A DNA stretch of 64,000 nt from contig CAVPRW010000031.1 in NCBI GenBank assembly GCA_963707985.1, forward strand, positions 256,001 through 320,000, in the 5' to 3' direction. Every line of letters begins with the position of its first letter. Within the stretch, counting starts at the first letter, position 1. The stretch comes from an uncultured Nitrospinota bacterium (GTDB lineage Bacteria; Tectomicrobia; Entotheonellia; J063; CAVPRW01). This document shows, in pieces, positions 18,580-28,687 of the stretch. Below the pieces are notes generated by a model, which saw only the letters and a list, made by a program, of their open reading frames with translations, made no database searches and was not told the origin of the DNA. Made by a program: the position numbers and the translations under genes.

Positions 18580-19611
18580 ATGGCCGCTTTTACCCAAGAC
18601 CTATACCGTTATAGCCATACTATCGGCTTTTATGCCCAAAATGGCCGCGGCTTCAATAACCCGGTCGATGTTGCCCGAGGTCGGGATGGAGTGCTCTATG
18701 TCCTGAACCGCGCCGGGTCGGAAGTCGAGCTGCGCATGCTCTATAAGCGGGTGACGATGTGCACGTTGGATGAAGACTACCTGGGCGAATTCAGCAGCGG
18801 CGGTACCGAGGACGGCCAGCTGATGTGGCCGGCGGCGATCGCCGTCGATGCCGATGGAAACGTCTACATCTCCGATGAAGCCTTGCATCGCATTTCCATC
18901 TTCGACGCGCAGGGGCGCTTTCTGGGCAAGTGGGGTGTCAGGGGTAGTGGTGTGGGCATGTTCGACCGTCCTGCGGGACTTGCCTTCGACCAGGACCAGC
19001 ATCTTCTCGTGGTTGACGGTCTCAATAACCGTATTCAGCGCTACACCAAAGATGGCCGCTTTCTGGGACAGTGGGGTAAGGAAGGACATGGTCCCGGGGA
19101 ATTGAACCTGCCCTGGGGAATTGCGGTTGACCGCGCCGGCGCGGTGTATGTGGCCGACTGGCGGAACGATCGGATCCAGAAATTCGACGCCCAGGGGGCA
19201 TTCCTGGCCAGCTATGGGACCTCCGGCCGGGGCGATGGGGAATTTTCCCGACCCTCGGGCGTGGCAGTCGATGGCGCGGGCCATATCTACATTGCCGATT
19301 GGGGGAACGAGCGCGTACAGGTGCTCGGTCCGGACGGTGGCTTTTTGGCCAAGTTTCGTGGCGAGTCCGGGCTGTCGAAGTGGGGCGAGAGCTACTTCAT
19401 TGCCAACCAGGATGAGTTGGAGGAGCGCCAGAAGGCTAACCTGGAGCCAGAGATTAGCCTGTCACCGACCGATGACCTGCGCGAGGAGTCGGCCAGCATC
19501 GAGAAATTCTTCTGGGGCCCCATCTCGGTCAAAGTGGACGATCAGGGCAGGCTGTACGTCGTTGAAAGTTGCCGCCACCGTATCCAGATCTATGGCAAAA
19601 CGGGGCACTGA
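18580..19611 (+). CDS. NHL-repeat six-bladed beta-propeller protein
   Basis: Repeated G.G.G.F..P.G.AVD..G.VYVADW.N.RIQ units. Confidence 0.9.
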   Translation: MAAFTQDLYRYSHTIGFYAQNGRGFNNPVDVARGRDGVLYVLNRAGSEVELRMLYKRVTMCTLDEDYLGEFSSGGTEDGQLMWPAAIAVDADGNVYISDEALHRISIFDAQGRFLGKWGVRGSGVGMFDRPAGLAFDQDQHLLVVDGLNNRIQRYTKDGRFLGQWGKEGHGPGELNLPWGIAVDRAGAVYVADWRNDRIQKFDAQGAFLASYGTSGRGDGEFSRPSGVAVDGAGHIYIADWGNERVQVLGPDGGFLAKFRGESGLSKWGESYFIANQDELEERQKANLEPEISLSPTDDLREESASIEKFFWGPISVKVDDQGRLYVVESCRHRIQIYGKTGH

Positions 19612-20198
19612 GCGGTGTTTCCACTGTCTGTCACGCAGGATTTTAGCATCGCCGGCGCCTATTTCCTCCGATCACTCGAAGGCATGAACAACATTGACTT
19701 TTGTCCCTTCCATCTTCACCTTGGAGCCGTGCACTTTCATACCTCCACAGCTCATTGTGATCAGGTTTCTGATCATGCCCCCTCGGTCTTTACCCTCCCA
19801 ACTTCTATGGCTGTCCTCTTCTGGTGTCATCTATCGCTGCGATCGCGGCGTCTGGAAAATCTCGCGCCGCGACCTCAGTTTGTAGAGGCAAACCATCCGT
19901 CGACCGCAAGTTCAGCTTGACGATATGTTTGGCCAGGGGGGCTGAGCAGATCGACCACGGGGGCCGCTCGCCCTGCCTCTTGGGGGCTCCATGCGGGCAG
20001 ATGCCATGGCGGACCTGCTGGATGCGGCACTACTGATGTGATCAGGTATACTGAATATTCTAGCTCGTCACACCAACCAAAATTCTCGCTGGTATGGCAA
20101 ATTTTGACGAGAGAGTGGCATTTCGAAGAATGCTCTGTTAAGGTACACTGTACATCTTGGGTAAAGGTACGTCCTTTAACCAAAGCAAAGGGATACTC

Positions 20199-20753
20199 AT
20201 GAGCTCCATCAATGTGGGCGAACGTATCCGGCAGCTCCGCCTCGGTCTAGGCCTGTCGCTCCGGGCTTTGGCCGCCGAGACCGGCTTTTCCCCCAGCCTC
20301 ATCTCCCAGGTAGAACACGGTCATGTCATGCCGTCCATCGGATCGCTGGAGCGCATTGCCATGGCCCTCGGGGTCAGCCTCAGCACGTTTTTCGCCGAGC
20401 CCGAACCGACCTCTGACGAACTGGTGCGCGCCAACGCTCGTCAAAAGCTTACCAGCACGTGGTCACCGGTCTCGATCGAGGCCCTGCGCCCCACGAAGGG
20501 GGCAGGGATGTTGGAGCCCATCTTGATCATCATGGCACCAGGGGGGCGCAGCGGAAAATTCCCCACCATGCACACAGGAGAGAAGTTTGTCCTCGTGTTA
20601 AGCGGGGAGGTCACCCTGACGCTGGGGGACGAGGTGCATGGGCTTAGGACCGGCGACGCAATCACGTTTGCGTCAGCCGTCCCCCATCAGCTGGAGAATA
20701 GCAGCACCGAACCCGCGCATGTGGTAGTTGTCACCGCCCACGTGCGGCTCTGA
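20199..20753 (+). CDS. XRE-family HTH plus cupin transcriptional regulator
   Basis: GERIRQLR...GLSLRALA..TG.S.SLISQVE.G...PS N-terminus; H.GE...LVLSG...L..GDAI.F....PH cupin. Confidence 0.9.
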   Translation: MSSINVGERIRQLRLGLGLSLRALAAETGFSPSLISQVEHGHVMPSIGSLERIAMALGVSLSTFFAEPEPTSDELVRANARQKLTSTWSPVSIEALRPTKGAGMLEPILIIMAPGGRSGKFPTMHTGEKFVLVLSGEVTLTLGDEVHGLRTGDAITFASAVPHQLENSSTEPAHVVVVTAHVRL

Positions 20754-20859
20754 AGGCCCGCGCCATGCATGGGCTATACGCACGGTAACGGAGACTACTG
20801 AAGTTTCGAGCCGTCTTCGTGACGATTCTTGCTTACCACAAATTTTTCTCCGATTGCGT

Positions 20860-21011
20860 CTGGAGAGCCTATTCCCCGGCTGCAAACGTCTGATCAAGTT
20901 GCCACGGCGGGCATGCCAATCACGAACGTGAAAGGTATCAACGTCATCGAGGCATGGAAAGCATATTATGCAGCAGGAAAGGAGCGATTGACCAATGCCG
21001 GAGAAAAGTAA
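20860..21011 (+). pseudogene. C-terminal remnant of a ParA-family ATPase
   Basis: IPRL...DQ.A.AGMPI.NVK......AW.AY.AAGKE resembles plasmid ParA C-termini; overlaps the ParG-like gene; no Walker A found. Confidence 0.5.
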
Positions 21012-21306
21012 ATTTAGCAACGCTGTTGCCAAGCTGCAACAGCGACCGACCAAGCAACCCGCCGCGCGACAGCCTGTCCCTCCTATCACGGTAGGGCCGG
21101 TGCGGGGGAAAGGACGGCCACCCGGCAAGCGCAGCGACCCCGACTATCAGGCCACCACCGTCCTCTTGCGGCAACAAACTAAGAAGATGGCCAATCGCCT
21201 TCTAGAAGATGGCAGCACCGGGCAGGATCTTTCGGAACTCATCGAGCAACTTCTCACCGAGTGGATAGAGGAGCAATCCAAAATTCATGTATTCTCTCCC
21301 AAATAA
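20995..21306 (+). CDS. ParG-like (RHH) plasmid partition partner protein
   Basis: Low-complexity N-terminus, then GRPPGKRSDPDY...T.LL.......DLSELIEQLLTEW, typical of small ParA partners. Confidence 0.6.
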   Translation: MPEKSKFSNAVAKLQQRPTKQPAARQPVPPITVGPVRGKGRPPGKRSDPDYQATTVLLRQQTKKMANRLLEDGSTGQDLSELIEQLLTEWIEEQSKIHVFSPK

Positions 21307-21653
21307 GAAAACATCGACGTGACCCGGTTACGGATTTTATAGAGTGCTCTAACTTGAAGTCGCATTGGCGGGAAAATCATTCAGGCGATAGAATCAACCA
21401 GCTGCTAACGAGGTCATTGCTCAAGGAAACCACTGCAAAAAACGCTGACACACCACCCATTCCCCTCCCACTATCCGCAGCAGAGTTCAACGTCTTTATC
21501 TTCTCGTACCTCCTGATGCTTATACCTATTCTGCAGCGCAAGCATGACTCTCACCGAACCTTTTGCCCCATCCTCTGGACCCGAGTATTGCTCCCACATC
21601 CTAACCATCTGGCCAGCCTGCTTGCTTTTTTACGTGCATTTTTGTATATTTGA

Positions 21654-21673
21654 ATTTTCATACGTATGAAAAT
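21654..21673. promoter_or_regulatory. Perfect 20-bp palindrome in an AT-rich tract (candidate centromere/operator)
   Basis: ATTTTCATACGTATGAAAAT is its own reverse complement. Confidence 0.45.
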
Positions 21674-22102
21674 GTAAAGAAATTTCCGGATCATCACAGG
21701 TGCGAGCTACAACGGCGGGGTTAACCAGACAACGCCCGCTGTACAGCATCCTGAGGCCTCCTTACAAATGTTGCCCCCTCCCCTCCTGACTCAGGGTGAC
21801 GACAATCGTCACGCGACCGCATGGATTCAGCGTGGTGAGGCCTTACCCTTCAAGCTCGCTGATGAAGGACAGGTGGACTGCCATGCCCGTGATTTTATCC
21901 ATACCATGATTGACACCGGCCAACGCCCGAAATAGGTGGATGTACATGCCCTCTCGGACGGGTGGCGACCTGCTGATGATTGCCGCCTTTCGGTTCGATC
22001 TCGGCATAGATGGCTTGGTTTTCACGCTTCAGGTGTCATAGAGGACATCTGTGATGAACGCGACTGCTGATGCCAGCCCCGCGGCCGCGGGAAGGAACTT
22101 GT

Positions 22103-22300
22103 ATGATGCCGGACATGGACGAAGAAGGGCCTGATGAGGGGGGAATCAGCCTGCTGTGTCCTAAGTGTCAGGGCGCGCGCATCTTCCGGTCCAGGCGCCA
22201 GGGATTGGTCGAATGGGTCCTGCGCGCCATCCGCCTGTATCCCTTCCGCTGTGATATCTGCGGCCATCGGTTCAGGCGCGTCACCTGGCATGGACGCTGA
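22103..22300 (+). CDS. Small zinc-ribbon-like protein
   Basis: CPKC...RSRR...E.......YPFRCDICGHRF (two CxxC motifs); GAAGGA RBS. Confidence 0.6.
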   Translation: MMPDMDEEGPDEGGISLLCPKCQGARIFRSRRQGLVEWVLRAIRLYPFRCDICGHRFRRVTWHGR

Positions 22301-22504
22301 TGGGTGGTACATGGTGGAGAGACGAGGCAGATCAGCAACAAGGGATGCCGATTCCCCTCCGGCCCGTTGTCCCGCCCACACTGACACCGCCCTGATTTAA
22401 GTCAATGGTTCCCACATGACAGTTTGGGGTTGTCAAGCAATCCTCTCGCCATGGGGGACGAAGCAACGGACGTGTCAGCGGTCATTGCCTAACTTGCGCT
22501 GGCT

Positions 22505-23527
22505 TCAAGGCGCATGGGGAAGGGGCTCTGGCGACGACGGTGCGTACACGACCGAGATCTGCCCTGCCACCCGAATTGAGAGGTTGGTCGCCTCGGCTAG
22601 AACCCCTGGGGCGTCATCCCCATCAATTTGCAACGCACAGCCACTGGGAAGCGATAGCTGGACCCCTCTCACGCGCGTGCTCTCCAGTGGACAGAAGCGT
22701 CGCAAGGGTCGCCAATACCGCGACAAGACTAGGAGGGCAAAGTGCCACGGTCGCGTCATCGGTGTAATCTCGAACATGCCATCGTTAGAGGATGAGACTG
22801 CCGTCAATGGTGCCCCACCGGCATACGTTGGTACATTGCTCACGATCACGACACTGGCTCCCGGGGGGATAGCGCCGGTTGTCCAGCCATTTTCCGGCGT
22901 GTCGAGTTGCCAGGATAGGCTGGGCAAGCGCGTCGAGCAGTATCGCAAAGCCAGCATGGCATAGACACATTCGTTGATGCACCGTCGTCGCAGCACCGCT
23001 TGCATAGGTGGGGAGCGACGCAATTGGGTATACGCCCGGCAGACGAGCGCATCCCATCCCACACCGCAGTAGCACAAGAAGAAGGTCTGATCATTGAGGC
23101 TGAGGACATCGACGGCTTTGGTAGGCCCTGCGACCAGCTGCTTGACGATCTCGGCCACGCCAAGCATCCGACGTTGAGACCAGAGCTGGTAGACGCCAGT
23201 GACTCGGGCGAAGTCGTTGCCAGTACCCTGGGGGATCACCCCTAGCGCCGCACCGGTGCCGGCTTTAAAGAGACCTTCGGCCACCGCACGGACGGTACCA
23301 TCCCCGCCAACCGCGACCACGCGGTCCCACTCGGCAGCGGCCCTGCACGCTTGCTCGACGGCGTGCCCAGCCTGTGTCCATTCGAGACTATAATCCTTAT
23401 CCTCGACGTATCCCAAGTAGGCACAAGCCTCGTGAAGCCTGTTCCAGAGAAGTTGGCCACCTTGTGCTCTGGCAATGGGGTTGAGTAGAAACTTGACGGG
23501 CATAGCTGTCGCAGACTGTAATCGCAC
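22505..23527 (-). CDS. Diacylglycerol/lipid kinase family protein (alternative start 23503)
   Basis: LLNP.A, VAVGGDGT, LGVIPQGTGNDFAR, G.GWDA, N.PTYAGG, QIDGD. Confidence 0.9.
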   Translation of the reverse strand: MRLQSATAMPVKFLLNPIARAQGGQLLWNRLHEACAYLGYVEDKDYSLEWTQAGHAVEQACRAAAEWDRVVAVGGDGTVRAVAEGLFKAGTGAALGVIPQGTGNDFARVTGVYQLWSQRRMLGVAEIVKQLVAGPTKAVDVLSLNDQTFFLCYCGVGWDALVCRAYTQLRRSPPMQAVLRRRCINECVYAMLALRYCSTRLPSLSWQLDTPENGWTTGAIPPGASVVIVSNVPTYAGGAPLTAVSSSNDGMFEITPMTRPWHFALLVLSRYWRPLRRFCPLESTRVRGVQLSLPSGCALQIDGDDAPGVLAEATNLSIRVAGQISVVYAPSSPEPLPHAP

Positions 23528-24067
23528 ACCGTTATCACTCCAGCCGCCTGGTGAGCGTGTGGCTGCAACACCAGCGAAAATACCTTATAATATTATACGC
23601 TAACTCTACCCATCCTTTCGAGCCTTAAGCACAGCATAGGGATTGGAGAATTTGAGATCCCCTAGCCCAAATGACGAGAGTGTTCGCATGACGATGGGGG
23701 AGAATCTGCGCAGTTGTTGGGAGAGCGCTGCTGTCGGTGTTCCACCCCCGGTAGAACCTCCTGCTTTGCCGTGCCATCGTTCATGAATTGATCCACGATG
23801 ATCAGCCGTGCCACGTAGCGTACACCCTGGAAGAGCTTACGAAAGAATTTCTTGGCCGCCTGCCCTAGGAGCGCAGGGGGCCAAGAGCGGGCGTTTGAAG
23901 CACAGATCGATCGTCACACCGATCAGCCAACTCAGGCCCCCCTTCCCCGCGCTCGTGAATGCGATCAGGCGAGGCCTGCATTGGTCGTGCGAGAGCCAGC
24001 GTTGGAACTCGCGTCCGCGACTTTGAAGATGTCTCCGATAGTTATCGGAGACAGATCTGCGCTTGGT

Positions 24068-24274
24068 TCAGCGGCCGGCCCTCTTGGCTGCCACAGCCGC
24101 CCTCATTTGATCCACCGCCTGCTGCAGTTTGCCTTTCACCCTCTCCACTTTGATCTTCACCTTTTCCACTACCTGATCGAGCTTTCCCTCGCTCGTATGG
24201 CTGTCGTCATCCACCAGCACACCCGCCGCCTTTTTGATTCGCTGTTTGATTTGTTCTATCTCGCCACTGATCAT
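24068..24274 (-). CDS. csbD: CsbD-family stress protein (paralogue 1)
   Basis: G.IEQIK.RIKKAAG.LVDDD....EGKLDQV; similar to 43911-44102. Confidence 0.75.
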   Translation of the reverse strand: MISGEIEQIKQRIKKAAGVLVDDDSHTSEGKLDQVVEKVKIKVERVKGKLQQAVDQMRAAVAAKRAGR

Positions 24275-24516
24275 TGCGTTCCCCTTTCATGCATCGAGGC
24301 GGCCGCGTGTGCGGTCGGTCTCGTGTAGTGGCGCGGCGCCGTGCCGCGTCTCCGATAAGGCAGTGCCCTTCGGGGAACTGCCTCTCCCCTGCCGAACTCT
24401 CCTACATGGCCAGGCGCATCAGGAGGGGATGGCCAGCGCCAGCCTAAACTCCAGCAGCCTGGCATCGTGACTTACTTCCCTGAACGACACCAGGCCGGAC
24501 AGGCGTCTGTAGCTGT

Positions 24517-25518
24517 CTACGGTCTCGTGGCATTTTGAGAGTTTACCGCTGGGAGGCGCACGTCCCCCTCAGGAGCCGCATGCTTGAGATAGCGATAGTA
24601 GTCGCTGTCCGTGGTGAGGATCAGCACGGAGTTCTTGTTCCCCCCCTCGCCATAGACTTCCAGGGTGCGCGAGAAGGCATAGAACTCGGGATCGCGACTG
24701 TAGACTTCCCCGTAGACGCGCGTCGCCTCGGCGTCGGCCTCGCCCCGGATCTCCTGCACCTGCCGGTAGGCGGTGGAGCGGATCTGACGCAGCTCCTTCT
24801 CCATCGCCCCGAGGATCTCCGCACTCCGCCCTTCCCCCTCGGACCGGAACTGAGCGGCGATGCGCTTCCGCTCGGAGATCATCCGGGCGTAGACCTTCTC
24901 CCGGACGCTCTCAACGTAGTCGAGGCGCTTGATGCGCACGTCCACCAGCTCGATCCCGTATTGGGGGATGATCTTCCGGGCCTCGGCCAGGATGGTGCGG
25001 GTGATCTCCTCCCGTCCCCGGGTGATCTCCTTTTTGAGCTCCTCCTCCCGCTCCGCCGGGACCTCCTCCAGCACCTCGCCCTCGGGGACTTCCCATGAGG
25101 CACTGCGGACGAGCTCGACGAGCTCGCTGCTCGACACCTGGTCCCGGACCACGGAATCGATGATGTCGTCCAGCCGTGACTGCGCCCCTTCTTCAGTGGC
25201 CACGTTTTCCAGAAACTTCTTGGCATCGGCGATGCGCCAGCGCGCCGTGGTGTCCACCCAGATGAACTCCCGCCCTTTGGTCGGAATCTGGTTCGGGTCG
25301 CCATCCCAGATGAGGAGACGTTTCTCGAAGCGTCGCACCTCTTGCACGAAGGGGAGCTTGACGTGCAGCCCCGCCTCGGTCACCGTCTCCCCCACGGGCC
25401 GGCCGAACTGCACGATGACCGCTTGCTGACCCTCTTCCAAGGTGTAGAAGGTGCCGGAGAGCACGAGGAGGATCGCCACCATGACGACGATGATCGACAC
25501 CTGCAACGCTGTTTTCAC
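24517..25518 (-). CDS. hflC: FtsH modulator HflC
   Basis: GTG with GGAGG RBS; N-terminal TM, QFG.PV......GLH.K.PF.Q, GIE.VDVRIKR, RM.SER..IA...RSEG, DPEFY.F.RTL. Confidence 0.9.
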   Translation of the reverse strand: MKTALQVSIIVVMVAILLVLSGTFYTLEEGQQAVIVQFGRPVGETVTEAGLHVKLPFVQEVRRFEKRLLIWDGDPNQIPTKGREFIWVDTTARWRIADAKKFLENVATEEGAQSRLDDIIDSVVRDQVSSSELVELVRSASWEVPEGEVLEEVPAEREEELKKEITRGREEITRTILAEARKIIPQYGIELVDVRIKRLDYVESVREKVYARMISERKRIAAQFRSEGEGRSAEILGAMEKELRQIRSTAYRQVQEIRGEADAEATRVYGEVYSRDPEFYAFSRTLEVYGEGGNKNSVLILTTDSDYYRYLKHAAPEGDVRLPAVNSQNATRP

Positions 25519-26599
25519 GGCTGACCTCCCTTCGGCAGTCGGCTTGGGACCCGATTCCTTCGGACCCGACTCCAAGGAGAGCCAGGGCACCATGGCCTTC
25601 TGATCGCTGTCCACGATATACAATCCCTTCATCTCCGTCAGGAAACGGCCCAGGGCCTCCAGATGGAGGCGCCGGCGCGTGACCTCCGGGGCCTGCTGAT
25701 ACTCGGCCAAGACGGCCTGGAAGCGGGTGGCCTCTCCGTGCGCCCGGTTGACCCGCTCGATGGCGTAGCCTTCGGCCTCGCTGATGCTCTGGGCCGCCTC
25801 GCCACCGGCCTTGGGGATTTCCCGGTTGGCCTGCTCCTGGGCCTGATTGATCGTCCGTTCCTTGTCCTGGCGCGCCTCGTTGACCTCGTTGAAGGCCGGC
25901 TTCACGGCATCCGGGGGGGTCACGTCCTGGAGTTCCACGGTGACCAGGCGCACCCCGGTCTCGTATTCGCTCAGAATCTTCTGGATCTCCTCTTTCACCT
26001 CGGTGGAAACCGCCACCCGGCCGACGGTGAGCACGTCGCTGCCGAGCCGATTCCCGACCACCCGGCGCATGACCGCCTCGGTGATGTCGCGGATCGTTTT
26101 CGGCGTGTCGCGCACATGGAAGAGGAAGCGGATCGGGTCTTCGATGCGGTACTGAATGATCCACTGGACGTCGATGACGTTGAGGTCCCCCGTCAGCATG
26201 AGGGACTCGCTCTTATAAGCCTGATTGCCCGAGGCTTGAGTGCCCGAGTATTGCGTCCGCTGGCCGGGGGCACTGGCCAGTCGTCCGGAAGCCGAATTCC
26301 TCCTTGAGCACGCGGGCCGTGGGCACCATGCGGACCGTGTCGATCCCAAATGGCCACTTGAAGTGCAGGCCCGGCCCGGCCGTGCGCACGACCTTTCCAA
26401 AGCGCTGTACGATCCCCGTCTCTTCCGGCTGGACCGTGAACCAGCTCGACCAGAGAAAGATCAGCACCACCACGAGGCCGACGAGGCCGACGATCGGGCC
26501 GCCCCTAAATCCCTGCCAGTACTGTCGAACCTGGTCAAGGACTTCTTCCAACTCAGAAGAGGGTTGTCTCCCCCGCGGGGGGAAGTCTCGTTCTGACAT
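25515..26599 (-). CDS. hflK: FtsH modulator HflK (+1 frameshifts at ~26281 and ~25529, likely errors)
   Basis: FTVQPEE.GIVQRFGK, GLHFKWPFGID, MLTGDLN.IDV.W..QYRI.DP, PP..VK.AFNEV..A.Q, Y..APEVTR.RL.LE. Confidence 0.88.
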
Positions 26600-26942
26600 C
26601 GAATACCTCCTTGCCGCGACCACAGCGATTGCGGCGCGGTTGACGAATTCACTCGCTGACATGATCAGGCGTGCCATGGGCGGGCAGCTTGCATGGGCCT
26701 ATGTCGCGCGACTGTGCTGCCATGGGTTCGGGTGGGATGAGCTTCGACGCCGAAGATCCTTCCGCTTTTCCTTTACTTTTCCGATGGCTGGTAGCCAGCG
26801 CTCCTCCTGTGAGCACATCCGTCAGTCGTTGAATGGCATCTCCCACCTGCGCCCGCACCGTTTGTGCTCTCTGCGTGAGGGAGCGAGACCAACTTGACTC
26901 CTCTGTTCCTCCAGCATGACTCTTGGGCTCTGCGCTGCCCCG

Positions 26943-27446
26943 TCAGCGGTAGAGGTGCGCTTCCAAGACCCAGAGGCGCTTATCGACCCCGCGCGAGATG
27001 TCGGTATAGACTGCTGCAGTGTCCGCATCCTCGACATCCGCGGCGAGTGCAATGCCACCCCGCATCGCTGTGGCATAGGGCGCGAAGCGCTCGGCCAGCG
27101 CCACCACATGGGCCTGACCATCCACGAGGGTGTCGGGATACTCGGCCAACCGCGACTGCGTGGCCGCCGTGTGGGCTGTTCCCTTCGCAACTCCCCCCAG
27201 CACTGCGATCCGTTCCGCCACCAAGTCAGCGTATGCGTCCAGTTCGCTCGCCGTCGCGGCGAAGAGGGCCTGCAAGGGGGCAAAGTCATGGCCTCTGACA
27301 TTCCAGCCGGCTTGCTTGACGTGGGAGCGCAAATCCACGGTACAGGCCAGGGTCTGATTCAGCAGCTGAATCACATACCGTCGGATTTCAGGGGGAATAT
27401 CGATCCGGGTGAGATGGAGGACCTCGTTGTGGTCGCAATGGTTCAT
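26943..27446 (-). CDS. dps: Dps-family protein with degenerate ferroxidase centre
   Basis: TRIDI......I.LLNQ.LA...DL....KQA(G)WNV.G..F...(Q).LF, D.VAERI..LGG, D.DTA....DISRG.DK.LW.LEAH. Confidence 0.85.
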   Translation of the reverse strand: MNHCDHNEVLHLTRIDIPPEIRRYVIQLLNQTLACTVDLRSHVKQAGWNVRGHDFAPLQALFAATASELDAYADLVAERIAVLGGVAKGTAHTAATQSRLAEYPDTLVDGQAHVVALAERFAPYATAMRGGIALAADVEDADTAAVYTDISRGVDKRLWVLEAHLYR

Positions 27447-27578
27447 ATCCTTATCCTTTGTAGCTCCTTGCATCGCCTCAACTGCGTGAACGGTAGCCAT
27501 CAATGGCTCCGCGTGCAGCATGAATGCCCCGCGACACGTAGGGCACGGTTCCTCTTTGGCATCAGGTTTTGCATCGGG

Positions 27579-27646
27579 AATGTACCTCAGGCGTCCCACG
27601 TCGTCTGTGAAATTCCTGCTGAAAATGTTGAAATCTTGCGACAATC
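27579..27646 (-). promoter_or_regulatory. Conserved 68-bp operator/promoter module, copy 1 (upstream of dps, 38 bp after the araC stop)
   Basis: GATTGTCGCAAGATTTCAACATTTTCAGCAGGAATTTCACAGACG-N17-TACATT. Confidence 0.85.
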
Positions 27647-27683
27647 ATCCAGACGGAGAAGGACGTACCTCGGTCGTCGCCAC

Positions 27684-28655
27684 TCATGCATGCCTGGCGT
27701 GGTCTCGGAAGGCTTTAGGGGTCTGGGCGACGTGCGTCCGAAAGAGCGCGGTAAAGTGACTTTGGTCGGCACACCCCACCTGGAGACCGATGTCGATGAG
27801 AGACACGTCAGTCTCGGCCAACAACCGCCTGGCGTGTGCCATCCGGCAGGTGATCACATACTGGTGGGGAGCCAGACCGGTGGCGTGCTTGAACAGGCGC
27901 GCAAAATGGGCCGGGCTCGTCTGCGCCACGCTGGCCAATGTGGCCAGGGGTAACTCCTCCTCCAGATGCGCCTGGATATAGGCGATCGTGCGCCGCAACT
28001 TGTACGACAAGAGCCCACCACTCCCCGCGTACGGGGATGGCCGCGCGGCGGCATAGCGTTTGAGGAAGTGAACCGCGAGCGCATCAGCCAATATGTCGGC
28101 ATACAGCTGCCCCGCCCCGCCCTCGCCTTTGATCGCGGTCCGCAGAAGCAGTGCCAGGTGTTGCAACAGAGGATCGCGGGCTGGCAAGGAAGGCATAATC
28201 ATGACACGCTCGACGTCGGGTGAATCGTACGGGCCACGGACTATCACCATGGGATGCACCGGGGGGGTGCAGGACGCAGCCGTCTCCTGCCAGTGGACCC
28301 ATACCAATTCGCCAGTCGCTCTGTGAATCACCGGAGGCGTGGTCTCCGTCAGAAGGGCGGGATCGAGGTCAAAGGTCACGCCTGCCGCCTCCTGCTCCCA
28401 TTGTATCGTCTGCGAGGATAAGGAGGGAACTAGGCCGATCGCACCCGTCGTCCAATACGGTCTGGCGCCATCACCTGTGACCGGCTGGCCCATGGCCTGA
28501 AAGGAACACCGCTGCCCAGGCCCCGGACCCGTCAGCGGCCCTTCATTATGACATACGCCACTCCGGCCGTCCCAATGCATCGTGGCGCCAGCTGTCTGCA
28601 GCAGCAGCGTAGCGCTCCCCATCACGGCTGTAGATGTACATCCCTCTTTAGCCAT
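27684..28655 (-). CDS. AraC-family transcriptional regulator
   Basis: C-terminal GGL....LRR...YI.AHL...L.L..LA......P.HFARLFK.ATG..PHQYV...R...ARRLL...G..DQSHF...FR...TP. Confidence 0.9.
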   Translation of the reverse strand: MAKEGCTSTAVMGSATLLLQTAGATMHWDGRSGVCHNEGPLTGPGPGQRCSFQAMGQPVTGDGARPYWTTGAIGLVPSLSSQTIQWEQEAAGVTFDLDPALLTETTPPVIHRATGELVWVHWQETAASCTPPVHPMVIVRGPYDSPDVERVMIMPSLPARDPLLQHLALLLRTAIKGEGGAGQLYADILADALAVHFLKRYAAARPSPYAGSGGLLSYKLRRTIAYIQAHLEEELPLATLASVAQTSPAHFARLFKHATGLAPHQYVITCRMAHARRLLAETDVSLIDIGLQVGCADQSHFTALFRTHVAQTPKAFRDHARHA

Positions 28656-28687
28656 GGTCCCCCCCTTCGCTTCCCGCCGATTGCTCG

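Noticed and set aside
23577..23605. AT-rich site resembling a dif/Xer site
   Set aside because: Arm spacing does not fit the 11-6-11 layout. It is better explained as a TATAAT -10 for the lipid kinase gene on the minus strand.
24517..26400. Apparent 627-aa HflK-HflC fusion ORF
   Set aside because: hflC has its own GGAGG RBS and GTG start. Removing one G from the GGG run at ~25529 gives the usual hflK stop overlapping that start (GTGA), so the fusion is most likely an indel artefact.
26877..26920. Short similarity to 45503-45540 (GAGGGAGC.GAGACC...CCTCCAGC)
   Set aside because: Too short and gapped to distinguish from chance without an alignment statistic.
27447..27644. N-terminal extension of Dps (MSQDFNIFSRNFTD...) and similar peptides at 30508-30798 and 45173-45611
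   Set aside because: These are translations of the repeated non-coding 68-bp module; the real dps start with an RBS is at 27446.
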